Assembly: GCA_000708835.1 (NCBI GenBank)
Contig: DF237340.1
Location: 1-64,000 of the forward strand
Source: Klebsormidium nitens
Taxonomy: Eukaryota > Plantae > Klebsormidiophyceae
Direction: 5' to 3'
Length of the DNA: 64,000 bases
This document shows, piece after piece, positions 43,101 through 56,750 of this stretch. The translations under genes were made by a program, and so were the position numbers. Below the pieces are notes generated by a model. It saw only the letters and a list, made by a program, of their open reading frames with translations. It made no database searches and was not told where the DNA came from. Each line of letters opens with the position of its first letter. The stretch's first letter is position 1.

Positions 43101-46100
43101 AGAAAGGAAATGGTACGCCAGTCTTCCATGGTCGATTAAGGTCAAGCCTGATGCTCCTTCACCCGGAGTTGGCAACTCCGAGAAACATTTATGTAGCACA
43201 ATCACGATACCTTTCACGGAAGACGGTGACGAAGAGTACTTCGAACCGCGTAGATTGAAAACCTTAGTTGCTGGAATGAGTAGAGTTCGGCTCATGCTCA
43301 CAACCCAAGCACATCTGACGCTTCAGAGCGCCAGAGATCATCCTGCGTCCTTGCCATACAGACCGTTTTGGCACTGCCTTTGACGCAAAGTTTGAAGCAG
43401 ACGGGAAGTAAATGAAAAAGCCACGTGGACCATATGCAATAGTTTCGCGCCCAGAAGCCTGTCCTTTACGACATCGCACAGAGAGCACACCTGAGAACAA
43501 TCGCTGACAACGGCTATCCGTAGCGAGCTATCAGATACTAATAGCCAACAACTTTGGACGCTCCCGCTTTCTCCAGTCAAACATTCGTAACACCTCGGAT
43601 GCCTCGGACTGCGCAACATACGACGGTTGGAGGTGGTTGCCTCCGGCGAGCATCGTCATGGGCTCTAAGCATATGAGACAGGGTGAGAGTTGCTCCAGAT
43701 TTCACCAAGTAAACCTCAAAGCACGTCTAGCTGTCAGTCGGCAAAACATTAACTTCGTAGAGATTGGCCTTAAGCTCTATTGAGGAGACGGGGGCAATGA
43801 CAGCAGTGCTGACAACGCAGACTCATCATCCGAAACAGAAACCGCGACAGTAAACCGTTCGAACATCGTGGGCAAAAGGCTTCGCAGAATATGGAAGACA
43901 ATCTCTTCGCCTTGGTGAGAAAATAGGCAAAGTCGGAAGGGAACTACTTTGGATACACGGCTTTGCGGCGCTAAAATCTCCAATCCTAGTGATCTTGGTT
44001 GAGCAACCGAGCGATGCTTCAGGAAACTTCAATGGAGGTGACGTTGATTCAAAAACAGTGGCGGCATTCTGGATGAACATTGCATGGCTGTTTCTCCCAG
44101 GCAGGTTGAACAAAGACAATCACAGCCGCGAAAAGGGACGACGACGGAATAAGAGGGTAGAAAATTGATGCTGAGGTATAAATCTTGTGATCCAGGAGGC
44201 ACACGCAGTAGTCGAGATAGGCGGGGCTGCTCTTGATAGGGGGCGCAATGAATAACTTGAAGAGAAACTGGCGCCAAGGCGAGACCACTTCCACCCTCGC
44301 CTTCGGATCCGCCTCAGAGAGCCATAGGTCAGTCTTTGACGGACCACAACGTCCAACAATCAAGTACGGCTCGTCATTGGTTGCGGACTTCAAGAAAGAA
44401 GGACAGATGCAGAGCCAGTAACCCACACAAAGCAGTTCCGAAAGCTACTTGCTGGAGCGGGGAGGTCATTCATATGTGAGCTCCTAGGGCCGACCACACG
44501 TGAGTGAATTTGAAAAGTGTATAAAGTAAGGCCGAAATTGCTGAACACAAGAAACATGGAAACATGAAAACCTTGAGAACCCAAGTCAGCTCTCTGATTG
44601 AAAGCGAGGATTTAATGACGTCACGGTACGCAAGGCATTGGCTTGAGAAATGAAAACGGGGTTCCTGCCTGGCTAAATAGTCGGGATCAGTACTCCAGCA
44701 GGATGTCGAAGGTTTCATCCACCGACGACGTGCAATAGTTGGAACGCGGAATCCACTACCAAGCTCACATGCTGAGAAGCTAAAGGAACAAGCTGTTGCG
44801 ATAAAATTTAGTAATCCTTTTGGAAGGATACGCTGTCCCGGCCCACTACTGAAGACTTCAATTTAAAATTAGTGGGTCGGTGCAGCTACTGGTTAGGTTA
44901 CAGGAGCCATTGGAATGTCTAACTTTGTAGGGAGGGACCCCCGCCCCTTTTGGCGCTGCGGCCGAGGAGCATAAGAATTGAATGGAGTTTTGTCGGCCCA
45001 CCACCTCTTCAGGTTGATGTTCCAAATGCTAGTAGCAACTCGGATCTTTTAGGTTGGCCATGGCCTCTATGAACAACCTCAACGATGCGACTCATTACCT
45101 GCCGCACCAAGGGTCACTTATTCATTGGCTCTTTCGCTTCAGCAAGACACACGATACAACTCTAGGTATTGCACCACCGTCACAAACAATCGAGAATAAA
45201 GACAAGACGACCAAAGCAGTGGGCAACCGCCAATCATGTGCAGGGCAAGCATGATAGCAGCGGATATATGCACCATCTTTCAGCGGCGCGGTCAAGAGCA
45301 CGGTGACAAGCTTCGGAAGCGACAAAATATAAGTCGTTACACGAATAACGACGGCAGCTCTTCATGGCCGTCTCGCTATGTACGGAATATAGATCCACGG
45401 AAGCTCTCATAAGAACAGACTGACCGCTAGAACCGGGTGCGTCTCTACCTCTTTTTGAGCAAGGCCGCGGGCGTGAGGCCGCGGGCGCGGCTAGCCCACG
45501 AAGCAAGCAAGAGACAAGGTTTGCGTTTGTTGATGTAATCATGGGGTAAACCAAAGCAGGCTGACGGCAATTGCTAAAAGCACAGTTCGTTGTAATTAGC
45601 GGCCACTTTGAGACATTTCGTACGATTTTTCGTAACGAGAGCTTTAGTACGTCAGGCCAAGACTAAGAGGCCTTAGGACTTGCTAGTCTTTTTTCTGAAG
45701 GACGCAACAGGCTCCATGGGTTTTCGTCATGGCCAGAAGGAACTCTTCACACTAACTGTACTGCACCTGGTGATGCGCAAGACAACTGAATTGACGCTTG
45801 CAGTTGCTCCGAACAGGAAGCCAAAACAAAAAACAATTTGCTCTCGCAAGGGGAGCCAGAACAGGCCGCGGCTTGCCAACACCGCCACCACACACAAGCT
45901 GAAATTTATTTCTGGGTTGCGCGAAAGGCAAAAAAAACGAAGAGAACGGTTCTCATGAAATGGGTAAAGAGGCGGCCGACTGGGTGAACCCTGTGACCAA
46001 CTTCGTGGGATCGTATTCCAATGATGCTATATTGCACCAGTGACTAAATCGATCATTGGCCCGGGCCGGCATAGCTCAATTGCAAAGCATGATAACGAGG

Positions 46101-49100
46101 ATCCACAATTTTGACTTTCGACTTTGCAGCATTTTAAGCGCTCTCGCAAACCCAGGTATTGACAGCCGGTGGACTCTTGGTCCGGCCCGTTCCCTATCTG
46201 AGTACATCATGTTGCAAAACCTCCATTGCAAGAACCGCAATATCAACCGAGAATTGCCGTTTGCACCCTCCTACGGCCGGAAGAACGGGCGCAAAGGCTG
46301 GGTTATGCAGGAGGCAGCGTCAGTCAGGTTCAAGTTATCGTAAGCCAGGCTTTACAATGACTCACGCTAGATGGGAGCTTAACAAGGACAAGACCCGCAG
46401 ACCAAGCACGCATCGCTTGACGGGAGACCACTGCTGGCAAGGTTCCAAAGAGTGGTCAAGGACCAAAGCTTCCTGTGGCTCCACACATAATCATCACCAC
46501 GGCCAAATTTGTTTTGTTAGGGTTGCCATCGGGCGTGTCGAAGCTCACGTGACCCTGCGTGGTCAAACTTATTCAGTCGTCATGGGCCTCAAATCTGGGT
46601 AATTGGGACGCACGGGGGCATGCAAAGAGGTTGTCAGCGGCGAGCAGGTTGCCTCTTTGACGAGCTCTTGTCGGATGAAAATGCTTACAAACCATGGCAC
46701 ACTCGGACACTGACGGTGGAATTTAGAACGCGCCCTTCTTCCAGATATGCCTAGGTTTACCCGCATCAGAAATGATGGACATGCTGCTGCATGAGCGCAC
46801 CAGCGCTAACGTCATCATTGGCTGCTTGATTCCGGACAAATCCTGATGTATCTCCATATTCGCAATTCCTCACCTACAGGGATTGCTAAGGAGTCGAAAA
46901 GACACGAGATGCGAGGGAAAGGGATAGCAACGAACCGTGCTTATATCAAGACCGCTACCGGAACCAGAAAAAAACAGCTTAGCTGCTTTACTAAGAGAAT
47001 CAACACACCCTTCGAAAACAAAACTCGCTTGACATTCAAGGGACATAGTGGATCACGTTTGGAGCGGGCAATCACGCCAAAACGACAGTACACTGTCCAG
47101 ATCCAGCGAGCTCTGCAGACCTTGTCTGCGCTCAAAAGGCAGTCCGCCGTGTGAGAACTGGTAACACGATTGCGACACCCTCCGAGCAGGGCGCTCAGGA
47201 AAGTGTGGGAACCAGCATCATTGGCGCTTGTGCACCTGTTTCTTAATCTCTCTCATGGCCGCAAGCTAGACCCTTTCAGGATTGGTTGGAAACGACAAGC
47301 GGAAACTGATTGACCAAGAGAAGATTATCAATCGTTCGGTCCGGCTACACTTGACAGCAGAGGCTAACAAGACGAGTGAGCTTGAAGGGGCGTTCGCAGA
47401 CGTCTAAAAAGCATACCGACCAAGTGAGACGTGGCCTCCTTGAAGACGTACATATGGTGTCCATAGTCAACCAAGGAGCTTTCAGTGACCATTGACACAA
47501 AGAATATCATTGGATCCCTCACTAAAAGGCAACACAGTCCGGGAGAAGCTAAAATACCATGCAGCTCGTCCAAGCATGGATAATTCAACAAGTTCAACTT
47601 GCTCCAGGTAAGAGCAGACCTTTGGAAGAACAAAGCAGAAACAAAGGCACTGAGACCAGGCACAATGGAAAAGAGGTCGGACATTGCTTTCAAGCATGTT
47701 CACAAGCTAAACGCGACGCACGAATCCAAGCAAAGGGAAATGCGTCCGAGGCATGTGAAGCTCTGCGCCGCACCGGGAAGCTGGCTCTTCAGTCGCCCAC
47801 TTGAAAGTACGCAGCCTTCTCACATACTTCGATAGACTCGGCATTTGAGGTTTTTGTTGCTTTGACGAAATGATTCTCACCTGCACAAGGAAGTCGTTTC
47901 TGGTCAGATAATTCCAAACATCCCTTCAAGCTCAATTTCGGCGTAAGTTGACACGACATCGACGCTTTCTGAACACTTTCCAAAGGGCCATGCCCATCTT
48001 GCGTGATCGTTACAACACTTCAATCGTAAAATTAAGCCCGACGACTTAAGGGGCTCGACCTCGGCACAAGCGTACCGTTGGAGAAGCGATCATTGCCGTT
48101 TCAGTGAGGGCTTTTTCTAGAAGCAAGGCCATACTACTTGCAGCTGGACTTGTCAACTTAACCAGTGCTTTAAGGTCGGAATTGTACAGGATGAGGGAAG
48201 CTGAGGGGGCTTTCCAACACGGCCTCTTAGTGGAACACTTACGAGCGGGTTTTCAGATACTCGACATAGACGTGGAAAGAAGCTCGTCGCTTGAAACAAA
48301 CATGTAACCAGGAACCAAAGCATCAATCGGGCAGTCCCGGCGCTCGCAACAGACAACAAAAATCCGAAATTGAGAAGCGACGAAGTTTCAGCGCCGCAGA
48401 TATGCGGGCGCTCAACTCAGGATTGACATCGGAGCCAGATGAGCGGGTTCCTTAGTTCAGAAACATCACGGTAAGACTTCCGAGAGGCGAGATCATACGC
48501 CGGAAGATCTCGAAACAGTACGATCTAGGCACAGCACATTACTTTCCTAAAAGTAAAAGGTCAATTCTCTAGACAAGCTTTGAATGGGAAAGTGGCAGAA
48601 TAAGAAGTCGGCTGTAGAAGCAGAGAACAAAGCTGTTTAAATCCAAGGAAGGCGCCTTCATCTGCGAACCGCGTCGCAGCCTGATGGGCAGAATTGCACC
48701 ACCGCAGTCGTAATCACCGGCTCGTTGCCCCTCGGCACTTTCTGACCGACTCAGACGCTACAGCCTCATTCAGAGAGGTACCGGTACCACAAAACATACT
48801 CGATCTTCAAGCAGCGAGCTCTTGTCATCAGTAGAACGAGATCCGGTTCCGGCATTGGGAGCGCCCAGGCGAGGGGAGCTAAGGTTGAACCCGCCTCTCT
48901 TTCAGACCTAGCATGTATGAATTCCAGGTTGATGATTTATACGACTGCGGAAATGTGCTTTTCAAAAGGTATATTATATGCACAGGGCCACGTTATGAGG
49001 CTCCGCACTCATGAGCTCCCGGTTAGCATTCTTTCAAATCTGAGCCACGGAAGACAGGCGGCGCAGTTCAGCTTGTCAAAACGCAAGATCGGCCAACTGC

Positions 49101-51059
49101 ATGGTCCACGAAACGAGGGCCGAAATGCAAAGGCTTGTTGCGGTCAACCGCTCGGAGATTTGACAAATTGGGTAGACAATTGAAGTCACATGAGAAATAT
49201 GCAACGCCCGGAGCGGCTTGCAGTATGTGCTTTTGACAAACCAAGGGCATGGAAACCTGACTACTCAAGCAGGCAAGGAGAGGCCTTACGACAACATTGT
49301 CCATTGGCTAGAAGGCAAGCCAAACAGTACAAGCTCGTCATTGGCTGCGCAAGCTGTTAAGGAGAGGCAAACACCAAAACAAATAGCAACGTTGGTAGTA
49401 TCAATCGGCCTAAGCTTGAAGCATTCCGAATTGGACGAGGGATGCAAAGCGATGGACGTGCTTCCGAGTAAGGGAGTTCATGAGGAGTCAGAAACGATAG
49501 AAGGCCACTGAAAATTTACAGCCGATGCTTGAGCACTGAAAGACACTAGGAAAGGTGTGCTGTTTGGCTACTAACTGCAGACCACAATGCACACTGGTTG
49601 ACAAAATGTGTGAACTCCCCGCCCCTTGCTCGACTTGCCGAGAAAAGCCAAGACCAAACAACGGGCACAAGAATCCATGCTCCAGTGTCAAAGGCAAAGA
49701 GCAGAGTGCGCTGCATCCGCCCTATTTGAGTCCGCAAAGCAATCAGTCAAGGGCTAGGAAGTGAAGTAAAGTAATTCCTCCGCACAGCATTTCAAAGTCT
49801 CGTCGCCACAGCAAAGGCACGGAACCGCACGGAACTAAATGTGGAAGCGCTCTCCAAGACCGGACCGGACAGCACTCAAGCCAGCGGAAAAGGGAGGAAA
49901 CACCAGAAGTTTCCTTTGCGCCGAGCGAGTCTGATCTGTAGCCATATGAACCTTCCGCCCGGAAACACTTTCAAACGCGGAGGTCATAGCCTTCCGTTCC
50001 GAACACCCGGTACTCACTTTCTTGAGCGGAGACGCGACATCGGCGCTGGCTCGCCATCAGCCAACGGTGGACCGACATTTATTTTTTAACGAAAGGCAGA
50101 CTCCATCAAACTCAGTGGCAAAAGCTGAGTAAACCCACCAACAAACTTCATAACCGCAGCGAGGGAGCAGGACTCGGTGCAATGGGGACTACAACAACAG
50201 GCAGAGTATCTAAGTTTGTAGAAAGGAGCTTAATTCAATGTGTTGACGTCAGGGCAGGAGGAGTGTACCGCAACAGATACTGAATTTTTTCTCTTCTTTG
50301 ACGAGAAATTAATCAAGCGAACCTTGTGTCGGCACGCAGATGAAGAAACGAAGAAGACTACACTCACAAGCATGGCCCAGCGCCCAAGAAGAGCTTCAGG
50401 TCTTCATAGCTTGGACGTGCTCGAACAGAACACTGGTTTGTCATGCTTCCTCATATGTAATCAACCGTCACTAGAAAACCCTTTTGTGAGGCTGGTACGA
50501 AGTGCCCCACTTGGCGTAACGTTCATGGGCGTTCTACAAGGAAGCGTTTTTAAAAACCCGTTTCGTACGTGCGAAAAAACACAGATGGGCATCCACATGG
50601 TATTGGTGTCCAAATGCAGATGTAGAAAAGGACAAACCGACAAATCACAGCGTTCAAGTGTTATTTTAGATCCATGAAGCCTCTGTGGTATAGACACTGA
50701 AATACTGCGTTGCAAGGTCCAGCAAACAACAATTCAGAGCGAGTCGCATCCTTTCTTGAATGGTCATTCGGAACTTCAGAAAGGCAACCCATAGAAACAA
50801 GAGAGCGCGGCTCCAAGAAGTCAAATGGTCATCCTGTGCAGAGCCCAAGCTGCCTCGGAAGCGCTCTTTCATGGTGCGAATGCGAGGGCCAGCGTGGAGA
50901 CCTTGTCACTAGCATTGTCAACCAAAAGCTGTAGAAACGAGCGGCAGAGCGTTCAGAACATGAAGACTGGAAGGAAGGCGGGGGCTTCCGAAACGGCCTC
51001 ACCATGACTCCATGTTATCGGACAAGCAAAAGCTCCGTTGACATGTAATTGTCATTAAC

Positions 51060-51830
51060 TGGAGCTCGTCATGGGCACTACGGCTAAAGGGAATGAAGCG
51101 GCAGAATTCAACCAGCCCTGTGCAAAGCCAAACGAACAAAGCCAAACGAACCGAGAAAAACAAAGACCAAAATACTACAGGGGAAGTCTGAAGAAAATAG
51201 GAAGCTCGCCGATGGCTCCCGCCCACGCTGGACGGTGGGCCCCAATCAGTTCGGTACCAGGGGCCCTCTGAGATTGTTGACGGTGGCTGGCAGATTTGGG
51301 TGCCACGCCGTTAGACCTTCATTACGGCTTCGAACACAAGAAGACTGCATGCACGTGGGCATCAATCTACTTCTAGATACTTGGTACAAAGAGGGGATCT
51401 AAGAATTCACTCCAATCGGAAAGGCCCCGAAAGCGGTGCTACAAGCATGCCAAGTCCCCCGAAGCTTGGGACCAGAAGCTTCCCCTTTGCAACAAAGCCA
51501 TTTGCGTCTTCTACATAACTCTGAAAAGTCGGAACCTGCTCAAACGACGCGTACGCTTGCTGGCTGAGACCGGTCGTCATGAACCGGTTGCGGCATACTT
51601 TTTCTTCCGAAGCAACGCCTCCAGTACAGAAATAATGAGCTTGGCGCGCAGCTGCACCAGCATTGGACCTTGTCATTGGTGACCCGTCACAATGCGCAAT
51701 CGACGGCTGGCTACAAAGTCCTTTCAACCAAGGCAATCCGTAGCTTTCGTGTCGCCTTTCGGTGACACGAGAAGGCGTTTGAATAGTGAGACGAATGTTG
51801 TCACGTGCACTGAACTCAAATTGGACATCC
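51060..51830 (-). repeat. Decayed repeat unit, copy 1 (coding remnant)
   Basis: 47/51 identity between 51430-51480 and 56369-56419; GCTCGCCGATGGCTCC at 51204-51219 and 60871-60886; minus-frame remnant QLRA.L...VLEALLRKK. Confidence 0.75.
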
Positions 51831-53730
51831 AAGAAGAGACGTTATTCTCATGATATCGGGAAGGCTCCCGACAAGACGAGAAAGATAAGAGTGAGAATTC
51901 TCAGGCTGGGTTGCTATACCAGCATCGACCAAAACACATGACCCGGGGGCTTTACGGCGAACAATCATATGAGCACGCCATCAAGTCATCGAACCGCACG
52001 GCATGTTTAGCGCCAATCTTTCCTACCCACGGTTTAAGAATGGCCACCAAAGGCGAATCCTAGAGAGGTTGTGGGCAGGTCTGGAAAGATCGTGACTAAG
52101 AAGAGCGCCCGGTTCATTGCAAGGGGCCACCATATCGTCCGGTGGGCGCTCACGTACAATTGCGAAGTGTCCTCCGACTACTTCTCGTTTGAAACGAACG
52201 CCTAATTTTCCGTCTACAGGAAAGTGAACCATCCATCTGATCTGCTCAAGGGTCGTTGGCCGTCCCACTATCGTTCCCGCGGTTGGCCCGTAATCTGCCA
52301 TCCAGCGGAACTCGTCATCGGCCTCCTGGTCGAGTCAAGCGGTATTAAGAATCTGACGGTGGTGAACGTCCTACTTCAGAAACCTTAAAGGAAGGGGGTC
52401 TTTGCTGTACGGACTTCCAGCTTGAAAACTAGATGCCCAGCACGAAATACAGTCGGCCCTGACCGGGAGCAAGTGGTCAAAAGGCCCTGCGGAGCTGTCG
52501 GTAATACAACGCGTTGGAACACTCTTGACCAAAGAGGGCGCGCAATCAAGCGGAACGATCACGTAGGCGTGATCAGATTAGGAAGCAATTTGACTAAGGG
52601 TTCGTGAAGAACATGTATATCAGGCTGATTAATAGACAAAATAACAAGGGAGCAACTCAAAGCAAGCACGCAAGCAACTCGTGGCCATTCCGGCCTCCTT
52701 CTCAAGCTTCAAGGACATTTTGGCGTCGTCATTGTGAGGCTCGGGTATTTAGCGAAGGCGCTCTGATGCGCATGGGCATCGGTCTGGTGGATCCGCATTG
52801 CCAGTCAACATCGTGTGACTTGGGGATTCAGAACAAGCACTGGAAACTTAAACGTAACATCAATTGATCAAAATCCATAGCTGCGGAAGTGTTAACTTTG
52901 CCAATTGTCCACTTCCTGGAGGGGGGAACTGTTCCTTGTGCAAACGATTATCAAAACTATGCGGAAAGAAAGAGGCGTCAAAGCGTCAAGCATGTAATCA
53001 GGCAGCGGGAAAAGAGATATCGACTTGAGGGACGAGGACCTTGAATTTAAGCCGGTCACTATGCAATTACATGGATGTTTGTGGACGTGCCTCAGACAAA
53101 AGCAAGCCAAAGAGTCTGATGCAATCAGGTGCATCATCTTTCGGTGCTCTTCCTTGGCGGAACAAAGAAAGTCATACCGCGCACAGATGCACTGCCCAAG
53201 GCCCAGTGCGCACACGTGCACTACGCAAGGCCTTGAATATATGATGCCTGGTTGAAATTGGCTGTCAAGCTGTAGACTTCTTCATGGACAGTTGAAGAAT
53301 GGCACAAGAAAGCAACGAAAGCGTAATGTAAGGATAGCAGGAGCATCAGGTTACAACCTCCATCAAAATGCATGACTTTGCAGGATCTCATAGAAAGAGG
53401 GAGGGGTAAAGAACGCAGCACTGAAGGAGGAGCGGCCCCTTAAGTTGTCAAGCAATCTGCAGGCAGTCACCCAAATGCACATGAACAGGTATCGAAAAGG
53501 AGGTAGAGTCTGCAAGCGAGGGTTAAGGTCTGCAATCAACACCAATTGCTGACTGCATTGTTGCTGATTAGTGCTTGAGCAAGCTAGGTCTTATGTTGAG
53601 CTAGAAAGCGGCGACGCCTCCGCAAGAAACCGCTGGCGATGCATGGCGCACCAACGGTAACGCCAGCGGCCGTTGCACGTCATGGACCTCTTTTTCATTG
53701 AACAAGACTCACAGCACGTTCAAAAAGGGC

Positions 53731-53816
53731 AAAAAAAAAAAAAAAAAAAAAAAAAAAACGCACTTGGATGGTCTTCCAAGCTCAAACGCACTAGGATGGT
53801 TTTCCAAGCTCAAACG
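53731..53816 (+). repeat. A28 tract followed by a 28-bp tandem duplication
   Basis: A run 53731-53758; ACGCACT(T/A)GGATGGT(C/T)TTCCAAGCTCAA at 53758-53785 and 53786-53813. Confidence 0.85.
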
Positions 53817-55894
53817 TTGGGAACTCGAATCCTTAGCGAACTATGCTAGCTGCTACTTTATATTGCTGGGCAGGACGCACTGTTTGCACACGCCAACTAG
53901 GCCAAGGCTCGGACGTGGAAGCGGTCTTGTGACGCACGCCTGCATCCCGTTTTACTTCCTCCCAGCCAAACAACTCACCAAATTTATCCTTGCAAAGCCC
54001 AGCATGATCCAGGTGAGCAAGTAGAGAGCTCCGTTATCCGAAAACGGCCGTTTCTACCTGGAGTGCAATCGTGCAAACGAAAAGTAGGACATGTCGAATA
54101 GACCGAGAGTAGGTTCTCAAATGTGGGCTGTGCTCCAATAGACCTTGGAAGGCGTCAACGCCCAATCGAAACCCAACGCAGCCAACGGGTAGCATAGGCA
54201 AGCATTGCACCCGATACTTAAGATGGCCGACCACTCTGAACGGACACAGAGGAGGGTGGCAAGTAGCACCTACCAATAACATGTTGCGGACGCTTGATCC
54301 GCTTTTACAACCAATGGAACAGTATCATTGAAGCAGCAGAGTCAAAGCCCAAAAGCACTTGGCAAGATATGAAAAATCTGACTACCGCTACGATCGAAGC
54401 TTCATCTGAGTTCCCGACGGGTCGCCTTGTTAACCAGACCTTGTTTTCAAGTGAAATGCAATTTGACGCGAGGTGCGCCTGAGTTCCAGCTTCAGTTTCT
54501 AGGAGCCATCGGAACGATTTGTCCTTTGCTGAACAAATTTACCACTAGCGACGTCCTCATTAGCCGCATATATAAAAGCCGACAAAAAAAGGGTCTAACA
54601 CCGGCAGAATTGTATCAAGGGGGCAGTCTCGAGTGGTCAGCAAAAAAGAGCAACCTCGCGTTAGTTTGGCCAAAAACTGTGTGTTGGAAAGCGGGCCTCC
54701 GGAACCGGGGAAAACCCCTCTGGTTCAGTGAACCAGGAGAAGCACGTCATTGGCCTCACAATCGAAACTATCCCAAGTTGCAAAAAGTATTCTGAACCTG
54801 AAAGTGTTGAGATGGCAGAAAGAAGGGCCACTTGGGGCCAAACCTGATGTTGGCTTGACCTCAGAATCACACAGAACAGAACGTTCATCGCTTTCTGGCG
54901 GGTACTTTTGTTGGGTGGATTCGACCGCTTTACTTGTAAAGAAACCGGATCGGCGTCAACACGAGCTACCAAACTCAGACGCGGGTTGGTCTGAACAGCA
55001 AAGGGTACACGGGCGAAGCCGAATGCATCTTGCATCCGCAAAGTCTAGGCGCGTCACCTGATTTTTCCGCCGACGTTAAGTCAGCGCTCGAGTTTCACAC
55101 TCGCTCCCCTTCTGCCTGCCCCTGCCGCTCAAGTAGGAATCGGTGAATAAGGTTCGCATCGGAGTTGAGAGCGGTGGTTTACCTGCAAAATGAAGTACAA
55201 GAGCAATGGTCAGCTTCATCATCCCTTTGTTATCTGCAAGACGTCCTGTGCGTTGGTGTCGACCAAACGAGCCGGGAAAGTTTTAGTCGACTGGCAATTG
55301 CGAAAACACGGAGAAGCAACTACGCCAACAACCCAAGCACACAAGCTTTTCAAAGCTTGCTGCTGCTTGACGACTCGACGATTCTGGACATGTATTTTTG
55401 AGGTTTGGGGTTCTTTTCCCAACCGTATACAGCTGTCACAAGACATCTTTTCGTGAAGAGGGAGACAGGGTGCCCCACCAGGTATGATATTCATGGGGTA
55501 CTTACTGGAAAGAAATCCGAAAAACCGTATTATAAAAGGCACACATATGGGAATGCTACTAAAATAACCAAAGCCGTTCATTTTAGTAGCATTCCCATAT
55601 CACCGTAGTCTGTGACTACGGATGTGACAAAGACAGGGGGCATAAAGATAGATGCACGGAAACATGGAGGAGGCCTACGACCTTCAATGGTTTTGCAGTG
55701 CAGCCTCTTACTAGGAAGTGAAACCTCCATTTGACTAACAGATGATGTCAAAGGCGTCCTAAGGAATTGCGACGTCACGCTCAATCGATCTGGACTTCAC
55801 CTTACATCTCCTGAAACAACAATGTTCAAGCTATGCCTTGGCACGATAGTCCGCAACCAACTACCAGATGGTACGCTTGCAAGCGCGCCACAGT

Positions 55895-56750
55895 GAAGCC
55901 TCGTCATTGGCTTTCCTTTCTACGCGAACGACATAGAACGGACAGCACATAGCGCGGCTGACGACAACGGTTGAAAGCTGCCAAAGCGGCTCTACCGCAA
56001 CTGCGTGCCGTCGGACCCAAAAGTAGAGTAAGTGACAGCTTGTGTCATACAGCGCTCGTCATTGGCACGCATTGAGAAAGGGAGAGAGCAGCACAGCGGT
56101 AATGAGCCTCGTCCAACCTCAAAACAAGCAGGAGCAAAAAGAAGAATCGCACTCAGAATGGACGAAGCTAGAGGAGCCAGCTTGATCCCCATTTGCACTG
56201 GTAAGCTGCGAGGGGGCCTTCTGAGACCGTGAATGTTGATGGCAAAAGCAGATGCCACATGTGGAATCTTCATTGGCCTCCTCAAAACAAAAAGTGGGCA
56301 TCGAACTACACCCGAATGCTGAGATCGAAAATTGTATTTGTTGAAGCTGTGCTATGAAAGTGGCGCCAAAAGCGGTGCTCCAAGCATGCCACGTCCCCCG
56401 AAGCTTGAGACCAGCAGCTCTGACATTTAAAAGCTCCTCACGTCGTCTACATCTTTTCATCGAGTAACAGGCGTTAAAGTGGTCCAACCGGCTGGCCGAG
56501 TCTGATCAGTAGGGACCGGTTCCTACGGCAACCATCTGACGCTGAGGGTTTTTTTCGCAGCAATGCCTCCAACACAACATGGCCGAGCATGGCGCGCAGC
56601 TGCCCAGCCTGTAGTTTGTCATCAGCGACTTTCGGCACCGTGGGCAAATGACGGCTTGCGACAAGGTCCTTCCGGAGGACTTAGTCCTGGGCTTCGAAAT
56701 CGCCTCAGTGAAATAAGAGGCGTCAAACGTGAACATGGGTGGTGCTAAGG
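55895..56750 (-). repeat. Decayed repeat unit, copy 2
   Basis: Colinear with 51060-51830 at offsets of 4836-4939; remnant DLVASRHL...QLRAML..VVLEALLRKK with stops and frameshifts. Confidence 0.75.

Noticed and set aside
44049-44426. 125-aa minus-strand ORF as a possible PI3K N-terminus or separate gene
   Set aside because: It contains the repeated ANDE/CGTCATTGG motif and no recognisable domain; more likely part of the decayed repeat zone.
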